The position numbers were made by a program, and so were the translations under genes. Of a DNA stretch of 64,000 nt, positions 1 to 10,002 are shown piece by piece. Numbering within the stretch: the first letter of the stretch is position 1; each line of letters starts with the position of its first letter. The stretch comes from a virus, in the IMG/VR virus record IMGVR_UViG_3300047489_000453, positions 1 to 64,000 of that record. One strand, given 5' to 3'. The notes under the pieces are model-generated. The model was not told the origin of the DNA and did no database searches. It saw nothing but the letters and a program-made list of their open reading frames with translations.

Positions 1-1518
1 GCCGGACACATCCAACGTATCTTTTTGAAAGTCTAAAGACAACCAGTCTCCAGGTCCTATGCCGCTTATAACGCCGCTTGTTGCTATGGTTAAAAACTTA
101 AAGCCATCCCAGTATAATATCTTTAAACGCTTTGAGGCAAAGTCTATAGTACCCATCATATAAGTGTTAACGTACTTATCGCAGCTGGCAACGTAGGCTG
201 TAGTGAAGTCTATAACAACTCCAGCTGCTCCCTGTGTAGATAGTGGTTTAAAAGCTATAGTAGCTGATACTCTTACTCCTATTGAAACTTGATCATTGTC
301 TTTAGGGTAGGAGTGGTCATAGTTTGCGTAGTCATTCCATATTGCCAAAAACCTTGATCCAGGATTTTTAACCAATAAGGCGTTAGATGAAAAACCTGAT
401 GGAAACTGCCTGCTGTAGTTGCTGTTTTCGTAAACGTAAGAACCTTTTAAGAATTGAAAACTAAACGGAGGCGGAGAGGCCGGCGCATAGGCTAGTGTAT
501 CTAAATAAGGAAGAGCTGACGTGGTCGCTATCTCGCTTGATATGCCTTGGTCCGCGTATACATCATTATTGGTACCGGCTATTGCGTCAGGATCTCCTTC
601 AGCTGCAGCTACGTCAGCACAGACATCGGCATATTGATTAGGCAGATTTCCATATTGGTCTGGAAGATAATCGTCCCTTGTACAGGCCTCTGCCAGTCCT
701 AGTGGCATTTCCAGAGCTATGCCTGTCATTGAGGTGTAAACTAGTTCTTTTTGCTTAATTCCATTTTGAGTAAAGTTTATGTCTATGTTTCCATAACAAT
801 CTGGCTGAATGTTGTTTATGTACTCTACGCTTATCTTTTTACACGAGTCGCTTTCTGGCCTGCCTTGGCACTTGCCTAGGTACTTTTTATAAAGGTTAGC
901 GTCGTCAGACGGGCTAAATAGCTGGAAAACCAGAGCATTAACTGTTCCTAATCCTCTTATGCTTCTCTGCTCGACTGCTACCCTAAGGTCTCCTATACCT
1001 CTTAATGATACGTCACCTATAAGTTTTATGCTGTTATCAATAGTAGACAGTGAAGTAACAGGATAAGACCCGTACGAATACGCTAGCCTTGGAGAGATAA
1101 GAGCCTGATCAGAGTTGCTGAACCTGCCTGAGAATCTTTTTTCTACCCCTTCTCCAAAAACTATCCACCCAAATACTCCGCTGGATAATGCCTTTAACTT
1201 ATAAGGAGTATTAGCTGTCAGCGGCTTAGCGGCTGATATGACGGCTAAGGGTTGGAAGTTTTCCATGGAGCCGGACACATTACTTACACTTGGGTGATTG
1301 TCGTGTCCTACGATTGTAACCGTTACTATTTTGTCTGTGCAATTTATGCTGCTAATTGATGCGAAGCTTCCCAAAGATCTTGGAAATCTAAGTCTTATAT
1401 CTGTGATAATGTCATTAGGAAGATCAAACCCTTCGTCAGACTCCCCAGTGGCAAAATCATCAACAGGGTAGCGTCTGGTCGAGTTTAGATTAAACCAGTT
1501 ATTATTGATAATTGCCAT
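1..1518 (-). CDS. Partial (>506 aa) Cys-containing tail fibre/baseplate periphery protein; paralog of the next two genes; not in the ORF track because it runs off the window
   Basis: ATG at 1518 overlaps the stop of the upstream gene (TAATG). Manual translation gives MAIINNNWFNLNSTRRYPVDDF...VEYINNIQPDCYGNIDINF..., open to position 1. The N-terminus matches WLNANSQRSYPL of 2871..3821. Confidence 0.75.
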   Translation of the reverse strand, partial: MAIINNNWFNLNSTRRYPVDDFATGESDEGFDLPNDIITDIRLRFPRSLGSFASISSINCTDKIVTVTIVGHDNHPSVSNVSGSMENFQPLAVISAAKPLTANTPYKLKALSSGVFGWIVFGEGVEKRFSGRFSNSDQALISPRLAYSYGSYPVTSLSTIDNSIKLIGDVSLRGIGDLRVAVEQRSIRGLGTVNALVFQLFSPSDDANLYKKYLGKCQGRPESDSCKKISVEYINNIQPDCYGNIDINFTQNGIKQKELVYTSMTGIALEMPLGLAEACTRDDYLPDQYGNLPNQYADVCADVAAAEGDPDAIAGTNNDVYADQGISSEIATTSALPYLDTLAYAPASPPPFSFQFLKGSYVYENSNYSRQFPSGFSSNALLVKNPGSRFLAIWNDYANYDHSYPKDNDQVSIGVRVSATIAFKPLSTQGAAGVVIDFTTAYVASCDKYVNTYMMGTIDFASKRLKILYWDGFKFLTIATSGVISGIGPGDWLSLDFQKDTLDVSG

Positions 1519-2849
1519 TAGTCTCTAAGCCCTATCGAGTACGGGTCGGCCGTTCCTAGCAAGTCTCCTCCAGATATATCGATTGAAGCGCTTGCGGATA
1601 TCGCTAAATAGTCTGAACTATCTCCGCCGTCAATACTTACAAAGAACTTAACTTTCGCAGACCTGCCTGGATTTATATTGTCCCATTTAAATACATAGTT
1701 AGGCCAGGAGCCTTCAGCCTCTATAGACAAAGGGCTTGCTCCGTTTGATGGATACCAGATAGTTGAGTTATCTAATAGAACGCCGGTCTTTGCACCGGCG
1801 CTTAAACTAACGTCTATCCTCACAGGTCCTATGCTTGAATTTGAAACGTTACAAAACGTAACTAAGGCAGATGCTGTTCCTGCGCTTGCTGGAAGGGCGA
1901 ATATCCTTACAGCAGCATTTTGTCTGCAAGTTTTTCCGTCTAGCCATCTTTGAGTATTGGCGTAGTGCTGAGTCCTTACTTTCATAGCCCTATCGCCTAG
2001 ATCTTTAAAGCTAGTGTATAGGTTCTGAATAGCCCTATAGGTGTAGACGTAATCATCACACTCGCAGCATGGGAGGCAGTTATTTTTTAAATAAAGAGTA
2101 CTGTCCTGAAACGGCTCGTATCTCGTCGAGTCGCTTTCGCCGTCAATTCCAAACCAGTAACAATCTGTAGCCGCTAATAAGAAATCGCCGTTGTAAGCAG
2201 GCTTTACCGCGTTTATAGATAGAATGGCGTCTGATATGCAGTCTACCGGGCACTCTGGGTACACTCCTTGCCCGGCTCCGGGCACGACGCTTATCTGAAC
2301 TCTATTTGTTTTTCTAGTACCTTCAACGTCCTCAGTAGGTAACACTGACAAGACCATGTTATATCCAGAAACAAGTGATATATTGCCTTGGTACTTTGTT
2401 GCTCCTAGTTTAAAACTATTAACCTTGTAGGTTTCTTTTTGATAAGCCCTGGCGTCAAGATACCCATTAACCGGTGAAAATGACGGGCTTTTGTCGTAGG
2501 AGCTACCGCCGCCATAATACTTTACAGCTGTAAGGTACTTTTCGTCTTTTTCCCATACATAGATAACTCTATCAGCCCCCCACGATCTTTGGTCGGTAGA
2601 TGTAGCCGTAGAGGAATCAAATACAACATTATTATCGCTGTCAGAGATTACTATGTCGCCTGTAGCGTAAGACGCATACTGAAAGCCGGTTACTGCGCTT
2701 ATTTTTAATGGATAAGTATATGTTTCTCTGTCATCAAACGAGAAAAATAAGTCTTCAAACAATCCTTTTACGTCGGAAGACGGAGATGCGAATGGAAAAT
2801 CAGATCCATTTGGAAATACTCCCGATCCGTAGTTTGCTGATACAGCCAT
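1518..2849 (-). CDS. Cys-rich tail fibre/baseplate-associated structural protein
   Basis: Fibre-type motif SINAVKPAYNGDFLL and CLPCCEC followed by a coiled-coil-like stretch, shared with 2871..3821; lies at the distal end of the tail block. Confidence 0.55.
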   Translation of the reverse strand: MAVSANYGSGVFPNGSDFPFASPSSDVKGLFEDLFFSFDDRETYTYPLKISAVTGFQYASYATGDIVISDSDNNVVFDSSTATSTDQRSWGADRVIYVWEKDEKYLTAVKYYGGGSSYDKSPSFSPVNGYLDARAYQKETYKVNSFKLGATKYQGNISLVSGYNMVLSVLPTEDVEGTRKTNRVQISVVPGAGQGVYPECPVDCISDAILSINAVKPAYNGDFLLAATDCYWFGIDGESDSTRYEPFQDSTLYLKNNCLPCCECDDYVYTYRAIQNLYTSFKDLGDRAMKVRTQHYANTQRWLDGKTCRQNAAVRIFALPASAGTASALVTFCNVSNSSIGPVRIDVSLSAGAKTGVLLDNSTIWYPSNGASPLSIEAEGSWPNYVFKWDNINPGRSAKVKFFVSIDGGDSSDYLAISASASIDISGGDLLGTADPYSIGLRD

Positions 2850-2870
2850 TTAGACACCAGTTTAAAATTA

Positions 2871-3821
2871 TTAGCCTGAGCATGATTGTGGGCTGTCACC
2901 CAGCCTGCTTCCTAGTACAGTAAGGTTCATTCGGTTTACTGAGCCTTCAAGCCTGTTTAAAAAGTTTGTAAGGCTGGTTGCGGCATCCCCAAATCTGGCA
3001 AGATCGCTAGTAACGGCCTGCAACTCACTACACCCACAGCACGGCTTAGAGCATACGTCGTTTAGTTTTAACCCACTGTCAATATTATCTAATGTTATGC
3101 AGTCGTCGCCAACAAGTGTAAAGTTTCCGCTACCGTCAGGTTTTATACCGTTTATAGTCCTTATGCAGGCAGCTAAGTCATCGTCGTCTATACAGTTGCA
3201 GTCAACCGTAAGTCCAGCTCCACTTATAGCGTTAAACGTTATGCTGTAGTTTCCGGCTGAGCCTGCGGCGGTGATAGACATATTGGCCCCGGCCACAAAA
3301 CTTATATCACCTTGCAGTCTTTTTGAAGTTGCAGCGCCATTAACTAACGTAACACTGCTAACCCCTCTAATCATTGGCCTTATGGCGTCTGTATCAAGCT
3401 GCCCGGCTGAAAATGAAAAGTTGTAGGACCCGGCCGGTATTGAGTTTAGTTCATCAAGCTTACCAAAAACTATTTTACCAAAACAATCTATGAAGGTGCC
3501 TTCGCCTGCCAGCGAGTAAGTTTTGTATTCCGAATGCGCTGAGAAAGCTATTGTCGACGACGCCACCGTTATACCAGTAGCCCCGTCCCAATATCCTATT
3601 TCCACATTAAGACCGGTGGCAAATACCGATATAGATTTAACGTAAAAGTTTTCTGGATAAGCTACTATTCCTGAATGTATAGGAAGATACAGGCCTAATA
3701 TAAGGCTGTCAGGAATTGTAAACGTTCCAGTAGTGTCAACCTTGGTGGAAAACTCAGCCAAAGGGTAGCTTCTTTGGCTGTTAGCGTTTAACCACTCAAG
3801 ATTCCAAATACCTAGTGGCAT
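2871..3821 (-). CDS. Cys-rich tail fibre/baseplate-associated structural protein
   Basis: TINGIKPDGSGNFTL fibre-type motif, CSKPCCGC, C-terminal heptads; GGAGG RBS. Confidence 0.55.
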   Translation of the reverse strand: MPLGIWNLEWLNANSQRSYPLAEFSTKVDTTGTFTIPDSLILGLYLPIHSGIVAYPENFYVKSISVFATGLNVEIGYWDGATGITVASSTIAFSAHSEYKTYSLAGEGTFIDCFGKIVFGKLDELNSIPAGSYNFSFSAGQLDTDAIRPMIRGVSSVTLVNGAATSKRLQGDISFVAGANMSITAAGSAGNYSITFNAISGAGLTVDCNCIDDDDLAACIRTINGIKPDGSGNFTLVGDDCITLDNIDSGLKLNDVCSKPCCGCSELQAVTSDLARFGDAATSLTNFLNRLEGSVNRMNLTVLGSRLGDSPQSCSG

Positions 3822-3842
3822 TCAGAACGACCTCCATGTCGT

Positions 3843-5642
3843 TTATGTTAATACGCCTACGATTTCCAAAAGTCCAACTTCTCCGGCATAACCGTCTCCG
3901 CTGGCCCTTGATATCGTAAAAAATACTATATCCTCTCCGTCAACAGAGACAGGTCCGCTGTCTCTGCTAATATACTCGTCGGCGCTTATCGAGTAAGCAG
4001 TCGTTATACTTAGACTAGAATCTGTTGTAGGTAATGATTCGGCTGTATTTCCGTTAGGCTTTGGTACAACTCTATACGAAAGAGTAAGGGACGGCAAAGT
4101 ACCAGACGTCCTTCCCAGCACTCTAAGTCTTAACTTAAGTGTAGGCGTAGCCGACAAAGTATCAGCGTGCGGTACAAGTACTTTAAGTCTTAGCGAGCTT
4201 GCTTGGGACGGTGGAAGGGCCAGGTACATAACATCTTGATAATATCTTTCTTTGGCGTCGCTTAGTCTTACAACTTGAGGTTGAAGAAGTCTTTGGGATG
4301 TCTCTGACCCGGCAGATATTGTAACTATGCCTTGGTAGACAGTATCCGAATTAACATCGGACGGGTCTAAAAGACGAGTGTGAGTAGCCGTCATAGTGAC
4401 GCTGTTGTCGGCCGCCACCAGCCCTTCAAGAACACGGCCTCTTTTAAATTTGCTTGTTTCAACTTCTTTAAAAACAAGAGACCCCAAAGTTGTATCGTTG
4501 TCTATGGCTAGTCCAAGATCTAGGCCTATCTTAAGAGGTCCAGTATTGGCTGGCTTATTGTCATAGCACCCAACCACAGTTAAGCCAGATCCTTCAATAG
4601 GATCTAGACTGGTGACAACTGTTTTTTCAAGGCCGTAAGAGGCTTTAGCAAATCTCAGAATTAGTTTTCTTGTAATACTCCTGGGGCATTCTGGTGTCGC
4701 GCTTTGGGACATCGACGATGATCCCAGATAATTAGCCCACGGCACATCCTCATAGCAGTCTGACATCCACCATATGCCGTTGACATCAACCACAACCAGG
4801 CCAGTTTTACCTAATGGAAGCTCGACTCCGTTACCGTCTGACTCGCTTTTAAATAGAGTAAGGCTGGCTGACTCTGTCGGCATAGGCGGGAATACATTAT
4901 AAAGAGCTAGATGCTCTTTTATGTTATACCCAAATACGGCCCCTGTAGGCGCTAATCCATTAAAGGTAGAATGACTGGCAGGCAGCCATCCCCTTAAATT
5001 ATCGTCTGCGTTGATTACTGAATGTGTACCGCCAGGCCCAGGGCTAGGAGATTCTCCAGCAGGGTCTAGATCTAATTCAAACTCATAGTGTACATGATTG
5101 AACGGCCCGTCTCTAAGTTGGGGCTGGACATATACGTTACCGCTTTCGTCAGCGTGAAGGACAGCCACGTCGGCTATAGCCGGCTTTCTTGATAACTTGC
5201 CTTTAACTTTTCCAGAAAGAAAATATCTGCCTGCCGTTAGAGGTAGAGAATCATCTATTACAGATGCTATGTCGACAGCGTATCTGCCAAATAACACTAC
5301 GTCGGCTATAGTGGCTGTATGCTTATAACTAACTATACCTACGACATCAGAAAGTGGAGACGTCTCCAAAGCCCCATTTTCTCTATTAAATTTAAATTCC
5401 GCTAGAGCCCTCTCAAACCTTGAGGCGGCAGAGTTCCAGTAAACGGCCATTCCTATGGTTGCTTCTGATTCGATTGGAGCTTCAAATTGTACAAGGGCTT
5501 CCTTGCTTTCTATTCCGTCTATTCTATCTTTAAGATAACGGGACTGGTTTTCCAGAGCCCTAGTAGGACGGCTGTCTACTTTTGATTCTACTGCTTCTCC
5601 GTCCTTAACGTGCTCGACCTTATTTGTCCAAGATGATGCCAT
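3843..5642 (-). CDS. Putative tail fibre / baseplate-anchored protein
   Basis: N-terminal SRPTRALENQSRYLKDRID resembles the baseplate-attachment helix of myovirus tail fibres; follows the baseplate genes. Confidence 0.55.
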   Translation of the reverse strand: MASSWTNKVEHVKDGEAVESKVDSRPTRALENQSRYLKDRIDGIESKEALVQFEAPIESEATIGMAVYWNSAASRFERALAEFKFNRENGALETSPLSDVVGIVSYKHTATIADVVLFGRYAVDIASVIDDSLPLTAGRYFLSGKVKGKLSRKPAIADVAVLHADESGNVYVQPQLRDGPFNHVHYEFELDLDPAGESPSPGPGGTHSVINADDNLRGWLPASHSTFNGLAPTGAVFGYNIKEHLALYNVFPPMPTESASLTLFKSESDGNGVELPLGKTGLVVVDVNGIWWMSDCYEDVPWANYLGSSSMSQSATPECPRSITRKLILRFAKASYGLEKTVVTSLDPIEGSGLTVVGCYDNKPANTGPLKIGLDLGLAIDNDTTLGSLVFKEVETSKFKRGRVLEGLVAADNSVTMTATHTRLLDPSDVNSDTVYQGIVTISAGSETSQRLLQPQVVRLSDAKERYYQDVMYLALPPSQASSLRLKVLVPHADTLSATPTLKLRLRVLGRTSGTLPSLTLSYRVVPKPNGNTAESLPTTDSSLSITTAYSISADEYISRDSGPVSVDGEDIVFFTISRASGDGYAGEVGLLEIVGVLT

Positions 5643-5659
5643 TACTATTCACCTCAGTA

Positions 5660-6268
5660 TTATTTAAACTGCTCTGTCCAGCTTACTCCAATCTGGCTAG
5701 AAGCCTGCTTTAAGACCTGGTTCGCTGTCGGGTAATATTCTCTGGCGAATATAAGATCTTTTGTCCTGTCTTCCCACTTAGGCATAGCCACTAAAGCCAG
5801 CCCAAATACTTTACTGTTGGCGGCTACAGAAAACGTCTTGCCATGCACTCCTATGCTGCCGCTGGTTTGTGCAAAAAAAGTAAGCTGGTTTGTTAGCGTT
5901 GACGACCCCTCGTAACCGCTTATAAGCGAAGCTTTCGGAGATGATATAAGCTGTACTCTCAAAAAATCCCTGCTAGCGCTAGCTGACAAACCCGAGTAGT
6001 ACTCAATACCCTCTGACCTATCAAAAGACGGCGGAGTAACTGTGTCTCCTGAGGAGGCTAGGTTTTCAAACTCTATGTACATTCCCGACACCTTGTACTC
6101 AGTCAGCCCCTCTCCAAATAGCTTACATGCTATTTCCCCCCATCCCCATTGAATTTGATTGTGGAAAGAGCACTTAGGCGTCCATAGCCCGCTCTCTGAC
6201 ACCTCGTAGGTTTTTATAAACCCCTCTACATTTCCATTAAAGCCTGTGATCATTGTTACCTCACGCAC
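5660..6268 (-). CDS. Putative baseplate wedge / fibre-attachment protein (likely start ATG 6253)
   Basis: Beta-rich ~200 aa protein between a wedge-like gene and a fibre gene; GAGGT precedes the ATG at 6253. Confidence 0.4.
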   Translation of the reverse strand: MREVTMITGFNGNVEGFIKTYEVSESGLWTPKCSFHNQIQWGWGEIACKLFGEGLTEYKVSGMYIEFENLASSGDTVTPPSFDRSEGIEYYSGLSASASRDFLRVQLISSPKASLISGYEGSSTLTNQLTFFAQTSGSIGVHGKTFSVAANSKVFGLALVAMPKWEDRTKDLIFAREYYPTANQVLKQASSQIGVSWTEQFK

Positions 6269-7742
6269 ATGAGCTGCTTATGGACTTTACACTTATAGCC
6301 GAATTTAAAAAATAAATGGCGTCAAAACCTTCAAAGGTTTCAGCGGCAGTATATTGGTCTTCGCTAGATGATTGTACATTAAATGCGCTGTCAATTGCGA
6401 GTGGAGCTTCAAAAATGAAGAACACTCCGTCCCCGAGCGCAACTAAGTCTGGAATAAGGCTTATTCTTGGCAGGGTTGTGGTAATTGCAGAAACTTTTAT
6501 TGTTACTAGGGTAAAGCCACCAGGTATCATTTCATCTACAAGAAATCTTAATGGATTTATCTGATAAGGCAGATCAACCTTAGAAGGCTGCCCAATCTTT
6601 TCTACTCTTTTATCAAGCCCTTCTGCTAAAGTTTTGCCGTATGATTCACTGTTATTGTTTATAAGTTCCCAGAACATATCAACATCAAGAGGGTGGCCTC
6701 CAACGTAAAACTTAGCCTCCGTCTTTTGCCCCTCTGTTTCTTTTACTTGTAGATCTACGCTTTTATTAACAAAGCCTAGATCGTACATAAAATCATTGCT
6801 TATAAACCCTTTAGTCAGGTTTATGGCATTTATGCTGGATATGTCGCTGTTTCTTTTAAGTTCTTTTAAAACAAGAGCATCAGTTAGCGACTGCCCTTCT
6901 ATAACGACCTCGTCTGTAGTTACAGCAGCTGTCGCTGTAGGCGGCACAAAATACACATTTTTATTGGTTACTATTACTTTTCTTATCGAGCCGTGAACTC
7001 TCTCCACCGTTTCTGTGCCGGCAGCCACAGGTAATCCAAGAGAGGTTCCAAGTATGTGCCCTAGCCTACCAGACGACATTCCTATCATTATTGAATCGTA
7101 GACGTTGTTTATAAACGCTTTGTATGAGTCGTTAGAATCGCCGTCTACGCCAACCGGTATGCCATATATGTCTTGAATTGACCTTTTATCTATTTTAGGC
7201 CTGAACATCCACATGGATAGCTGAAAGTCGCTTGTTCCGTCTTTATTATTTACGTTCGTCTTAGCCAGAGATTCGTTTAAGAATGGATCTGAATTAAACA
7301 CTATTTTATTTAGCTTACTGTCTATTACAAAATCTATTCCTTCTATTAGGGATAACGAAGGATCGGCAACCCTATTATATATTTGACTTACGGAGGCTAC
7401 CCCTGATGGTAAATCCCAGGCGTATCCTACAGATTTACCATATAAGAAAGCGGAATCGCCGTAGTGCCTGTAACCGCCATAATTATCTTTTGTCGACGTT
7501 CCGTTTGATTTTAGTATAGGGAAATACAACCAGCTTTTAGTGCTAAGCGGGTTTATTAGCTGCCTGCTTTTAGTTCTATAGATCTCTTCCCAGTAATCTC
7601 TTATCTGCTGCCATAAAGTATTCCTGGCCGATACTAGGTCTGAAACTTGGTCTTTTCCCTCGTAAACTTCGTTCCAATAGCCACCAACCAACGAAGTAGT
7701 TTTCGATGGAACATCTAGATCATCTTTTGGAAACTTAAACAT
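6261..7742 (-). CDS. Putative baseplate wedge protein
   Basis: 493 aa, strong RBS; call is from position in the baseplate block only. Confidence 0.35.
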   Translation of the reverse strand: MFKFPKDDLDVPSKTTSLVGGYWNEVYEGKDQVSDLVSARNTLWQQIRDYWEEIYRTKSRQLINPLSTKSWLYFPILKSNGTSTKDNYGGYRHYGDSAFLYGKSVGYAWDLPSGVASVSQIYNRVADPSLSLIEGIDFVIDSKLNKIVFNSDPFLNESLAKTNVNNKDGTSDFQLSMWMFRPKIDKRSIQDIYGIPVGVDGDSNDSYKAFINNVYDSIMIGMSSGRLGHILGTSLGLPVAAGTETVERVHGSIRKVIVTNKNVYFVPPTATAAVTTDEVVIEGQSLTDALVLKELKRNSDISSINAINLTKGFISNDFMYDLGFVNKSVDLQVKETEGQKTEAKFYVGGHPLDVDMFWELINNNSESYGKTLAEGLDKRVEKIGQPSKVDLPYQINPLRFLVDEMIPGGFTLVTIKVSAITTTLPRISLIPDLVALGDGVFFIFEAPLAIDSAFNVQSSSEDQYTAAETFEGFDAIYFLNSAISVKSISSSCA

Positions 7743-7756
7743 GCGACTCCCTCTCC

Positions 7757-8851
7757 TTAGGGATTTTGATTATCGCATAATTTTTTAACAAAAGAAATGA
7801 GCTTCTCAAGGCCGTTCTTGGTAAAGTCAGCCGGGCTTAGAGTGATACTTGAGCCGGGGCCGAATTTTGATTTAGAACTGGTCTTATTTAATAGCTTCTT
7901 TGCTTCCCTTAGCGCGCTGTTGGGTTCTATTAAACCCCAGCCATAAGTCGTGTCTATTCCAGATTTTCCGGCATCTACTGCTGTTTTATAAAAAGTATCA
8001 GTAATCTTGCCAACAAGCGCCTTGTACTTTATGTTTTCTGCCTTTAAAGCTGACAAAACAAGGGCTAGAACCCCTGCTACAAATGGCGTCGCCATGGAGG
8101 TTCCTGACAGTTTGGCATATCCTTTGGGGGGCCAGCAAGAAGTAACGTCAACTCCTGGGGCCGCTATATTAACTTTTCCTCTACTAGAAAACTTAGCCGC
8201 TAAGTTAGACCTATCTACGGCTGCAACTGAAATGCACTCCTTCATATTAGCAGGATAGTCAGTTGTGTTTTCTCCAGGTCCTTCATTACCGGCGGCCGCT
8301 ACTAAATAACAACCTTTTGAGTAAGCGTATTTTATCGCCGCCATTATTGCTTTGTCTGCGGAGCTAGAGCCAAAGCTCATAGATATAATGTCAGCGCCGC
8401 TGTTAGCGGCCCATTTAATTCCTTCTGATATCCATGACGCACTTCCGGCACCTTCGTCGTTTAAAACTTTACCTACCAACAACTTACACTCAGGGGCCAC
8501 CCCTATTATGCCACTGTCGTTTTTATTGCCAGAAACAATACCGGCGCAGTGTGTACCGTGCCCGTTATTGTCATGCGGACCAGAGGAAGAGCCTGTAAAA
8601 TCTTTAGCTGTAAATATCTGCCCAATAAGGTCTGGATGATTAAGGGAAGCCCCTGTGTCTAATACCGCAACTTTTATGTTTTTTCCAGAGGTCGTCCTCC
8701 AGGCCTCAGGTATGTTAAACGCAGTAAGTCCCCAGTCTATTGTTTCTGAACAGGCTACGCTTAGGCTTTCAACATTAAAAGGAGGCAGTTTATAGGGAAG
8801 CTTATCCTTTCTTTTCATCTTTATTTCCCTCGGCAGGATAGTTATTTTCAA
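7757..8851 (-). CDS. Subtilisin-family (S8) serine protease (likely start ATG 8818)
   Basis: Catalytic motifs VAVLDTG, HGTHCAG and GTSMATP, plus oxyanion motif AAAGN. Confidence 0.95.
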   Translation of the reverse strand: MKITILPREIKMKRKDKLPYKLPPFNVESLSVACSETIDWGLTAFNIPEAWRTTSGKNIKVAVLDTGASLNHPDLIGQIFTAKDFTGSSSGPHDNNGHGTHCAGIVSGNKNDSGIIGVAPECKLLVGKVLNDEGAGSASWISEGIKWAANSGADIISMSFGSSSADKAIMAAIKYAYSKGCYLVAAAGNEGPGENTTDYPANMKECISVAAVDRSNLAAKFSSRGKVNIAAPGVDVTSCWPPKGYAKLSGTSMATPFVAGVLALVLSALKAENIKYKALVGKITDTFYKTAVDAGKSGIDTTYGWGLIEPNSALREAKKLLNKTSSKSKFGPGSSITLSPADFTKNGLEKLISFVKKLCDNQNP

Positions 8852-9200
8852 TCCACTTTAAAAGTAATTTTATAAGGATGGGCAGCAGCCATACAGGAAT
8901 TGTAAAACTTGACGCTTTAATTCCGCTACTGTTTTGATTTATTACGCTCTCAAGAGTATCTGCTACAAGTTTTTTTGAGGCTTTAGGAGCTCTTACCGCT
9001 TTAAGACTATAGCTGTCAGCAGCATAGCTCATCATGTATGTTATCAGCTCCAAGGCAGCATGAGCCGCTTTCCACTTATCAAATGGAATTTTGCCCCTAA
9101 TCATGCCTATTAATAATGTGGCTGATGCCGTAGGAAAACCTATAGCGGTAACTTTAAAAGTTTTTGTATTCTTAGATGCCATGTTACTCTTCCACTCCAT
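8802..9200 (-). CDS. Small membrane-associated hypothetical protein (likely start ATG 9182)
   Basis: Hydrophobic C-terminal helix IPVWLLPILIKLLLKWI; GGAG RBS before 9182. Confidence 0.55.
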   Translation of the reverse strand: MEWKSNMASKNTKTFKVTAIGFPTASATLLIGMIRGKIPFDKWKAAHAALELITYMMSYAADSYSLKAVRAPKASKKLVADTLESVINQNSSGIKASSFTIPVWLLPILIKLLLKWIENNYPAEGNKDEKKG

Positions 9201-9558
9201 CTATAATTAAGTTTACGTCTTTCTTTGATAACTTTGATGCGGCTGAGCTAATAGCTTTCTCTATAAGCACAAGACCTTCGTCGGCTGCCTTTGTCCTGGG
9301 AAGTGTTATTTTATTTTCCTTTAGACTCGCCCTTATAGCCTTTCTAATTTTTATCTTATCAAGAACATTTGGAGACTTAATGTGCTCCAAAGCCTGTTCA
9401 GAGTCATACTTACACATTTTTGAAAGCTTTACTAGATTAACTATTATGGATACCAAGGCCGATATGACTACTATAGTAGGCACTATAAAGCCTTTGCCGT
9501 TAAGGTCTTCTTGAAGTTTTGGGGCTATCTTTTGAGCTATTTTTTCAATATCAGTCAT
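9184..9558 (-). CDS. Small single-TM hypothetical protein (start reassigned to MTDIEK at 9558)
   Basis: TM-like FIVPTIVVISALVSIIVNLV; GGAGA RBS upstream of ATG 9558; this start removes a long overlap. Confidence 0.55.
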   Translation of the reverse strand: MTDIEKIAQKIAPKLQEDLNGKGFIVPTIVVISALVSIIVNLVKLSKMCKYDSEQALEHIKSPNVLDKIKIRKAIRASLKENKITLPRTKAADEGLVLIEKAISSAASKLSKKDVNLIIDGVEE

Positions 9559-9799
9559 TGGAGGCGTCTCCACTTTGTTTAAATTTGCAGTGGCTGCATT
9601 TACACTTATCACAACTGCACTTGCCACAGCAACTTACATCGAATGGGTCAGTTCCGCAACTCCTATCTACGCACTTATCTATGCGCCCCATAAAATATCC
9701 TACGCCCATTACAAATCCCATAATCATGCATATGGCGCAGGTGCCTAGCTCGTAAATCATTTTTTTCACCGTTTTAACCTCGTCGGCGACCGCCGACAT
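9551..9799 (-). CDS. Small membrane protein with Cys-rich C-terminus
   Basis: TM-like AICMIMGFVMGVGYFMG followed by CCGKCSCDKCKCSHC. Confidence 0.5.
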   Translation of the reverse strand: MSAVADEVKTVKKMIYELGTCAICMIMGFVMGVGYFMGRIDKCVDRSCGTDPFDVSCCGKCSCDKCKCSHCKFKQSGDASND

Positions 9800-9809
9800 G
9801 TTATTATCT

Positions 9810-10001
9810 TCAGCAATTACTGGATCTTATAGAATACCTTGCTCTTGTCGGCCTGGCTCCCTCAGAGGTTTGTTCTCTTACCTCTGCTGGCTTAGATGAG
9901 CTTATTATCATCTGTGGCGAAGAGCTTATAAGGTAAAACGAAGCCCTGTCAAGCTTTACGTCCTGACAGGGCATACAGATATACAAAATTAAAGATAGCA
10001 T
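9810..10001 (-). CDS. Small hypothetical protein with hydrophobic N-terminus
   Basis: Fills the gap in the operon; starts MLSLILYICMPC. Confidence 0.4.
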   Translation of the reverse strand: MLSLILYICMPCQDVKLDRASFYLISSSPQMIISSSKPAEVREQTSEGARPTRARYSIRSSNC

Positions 10002-10002
10002 T

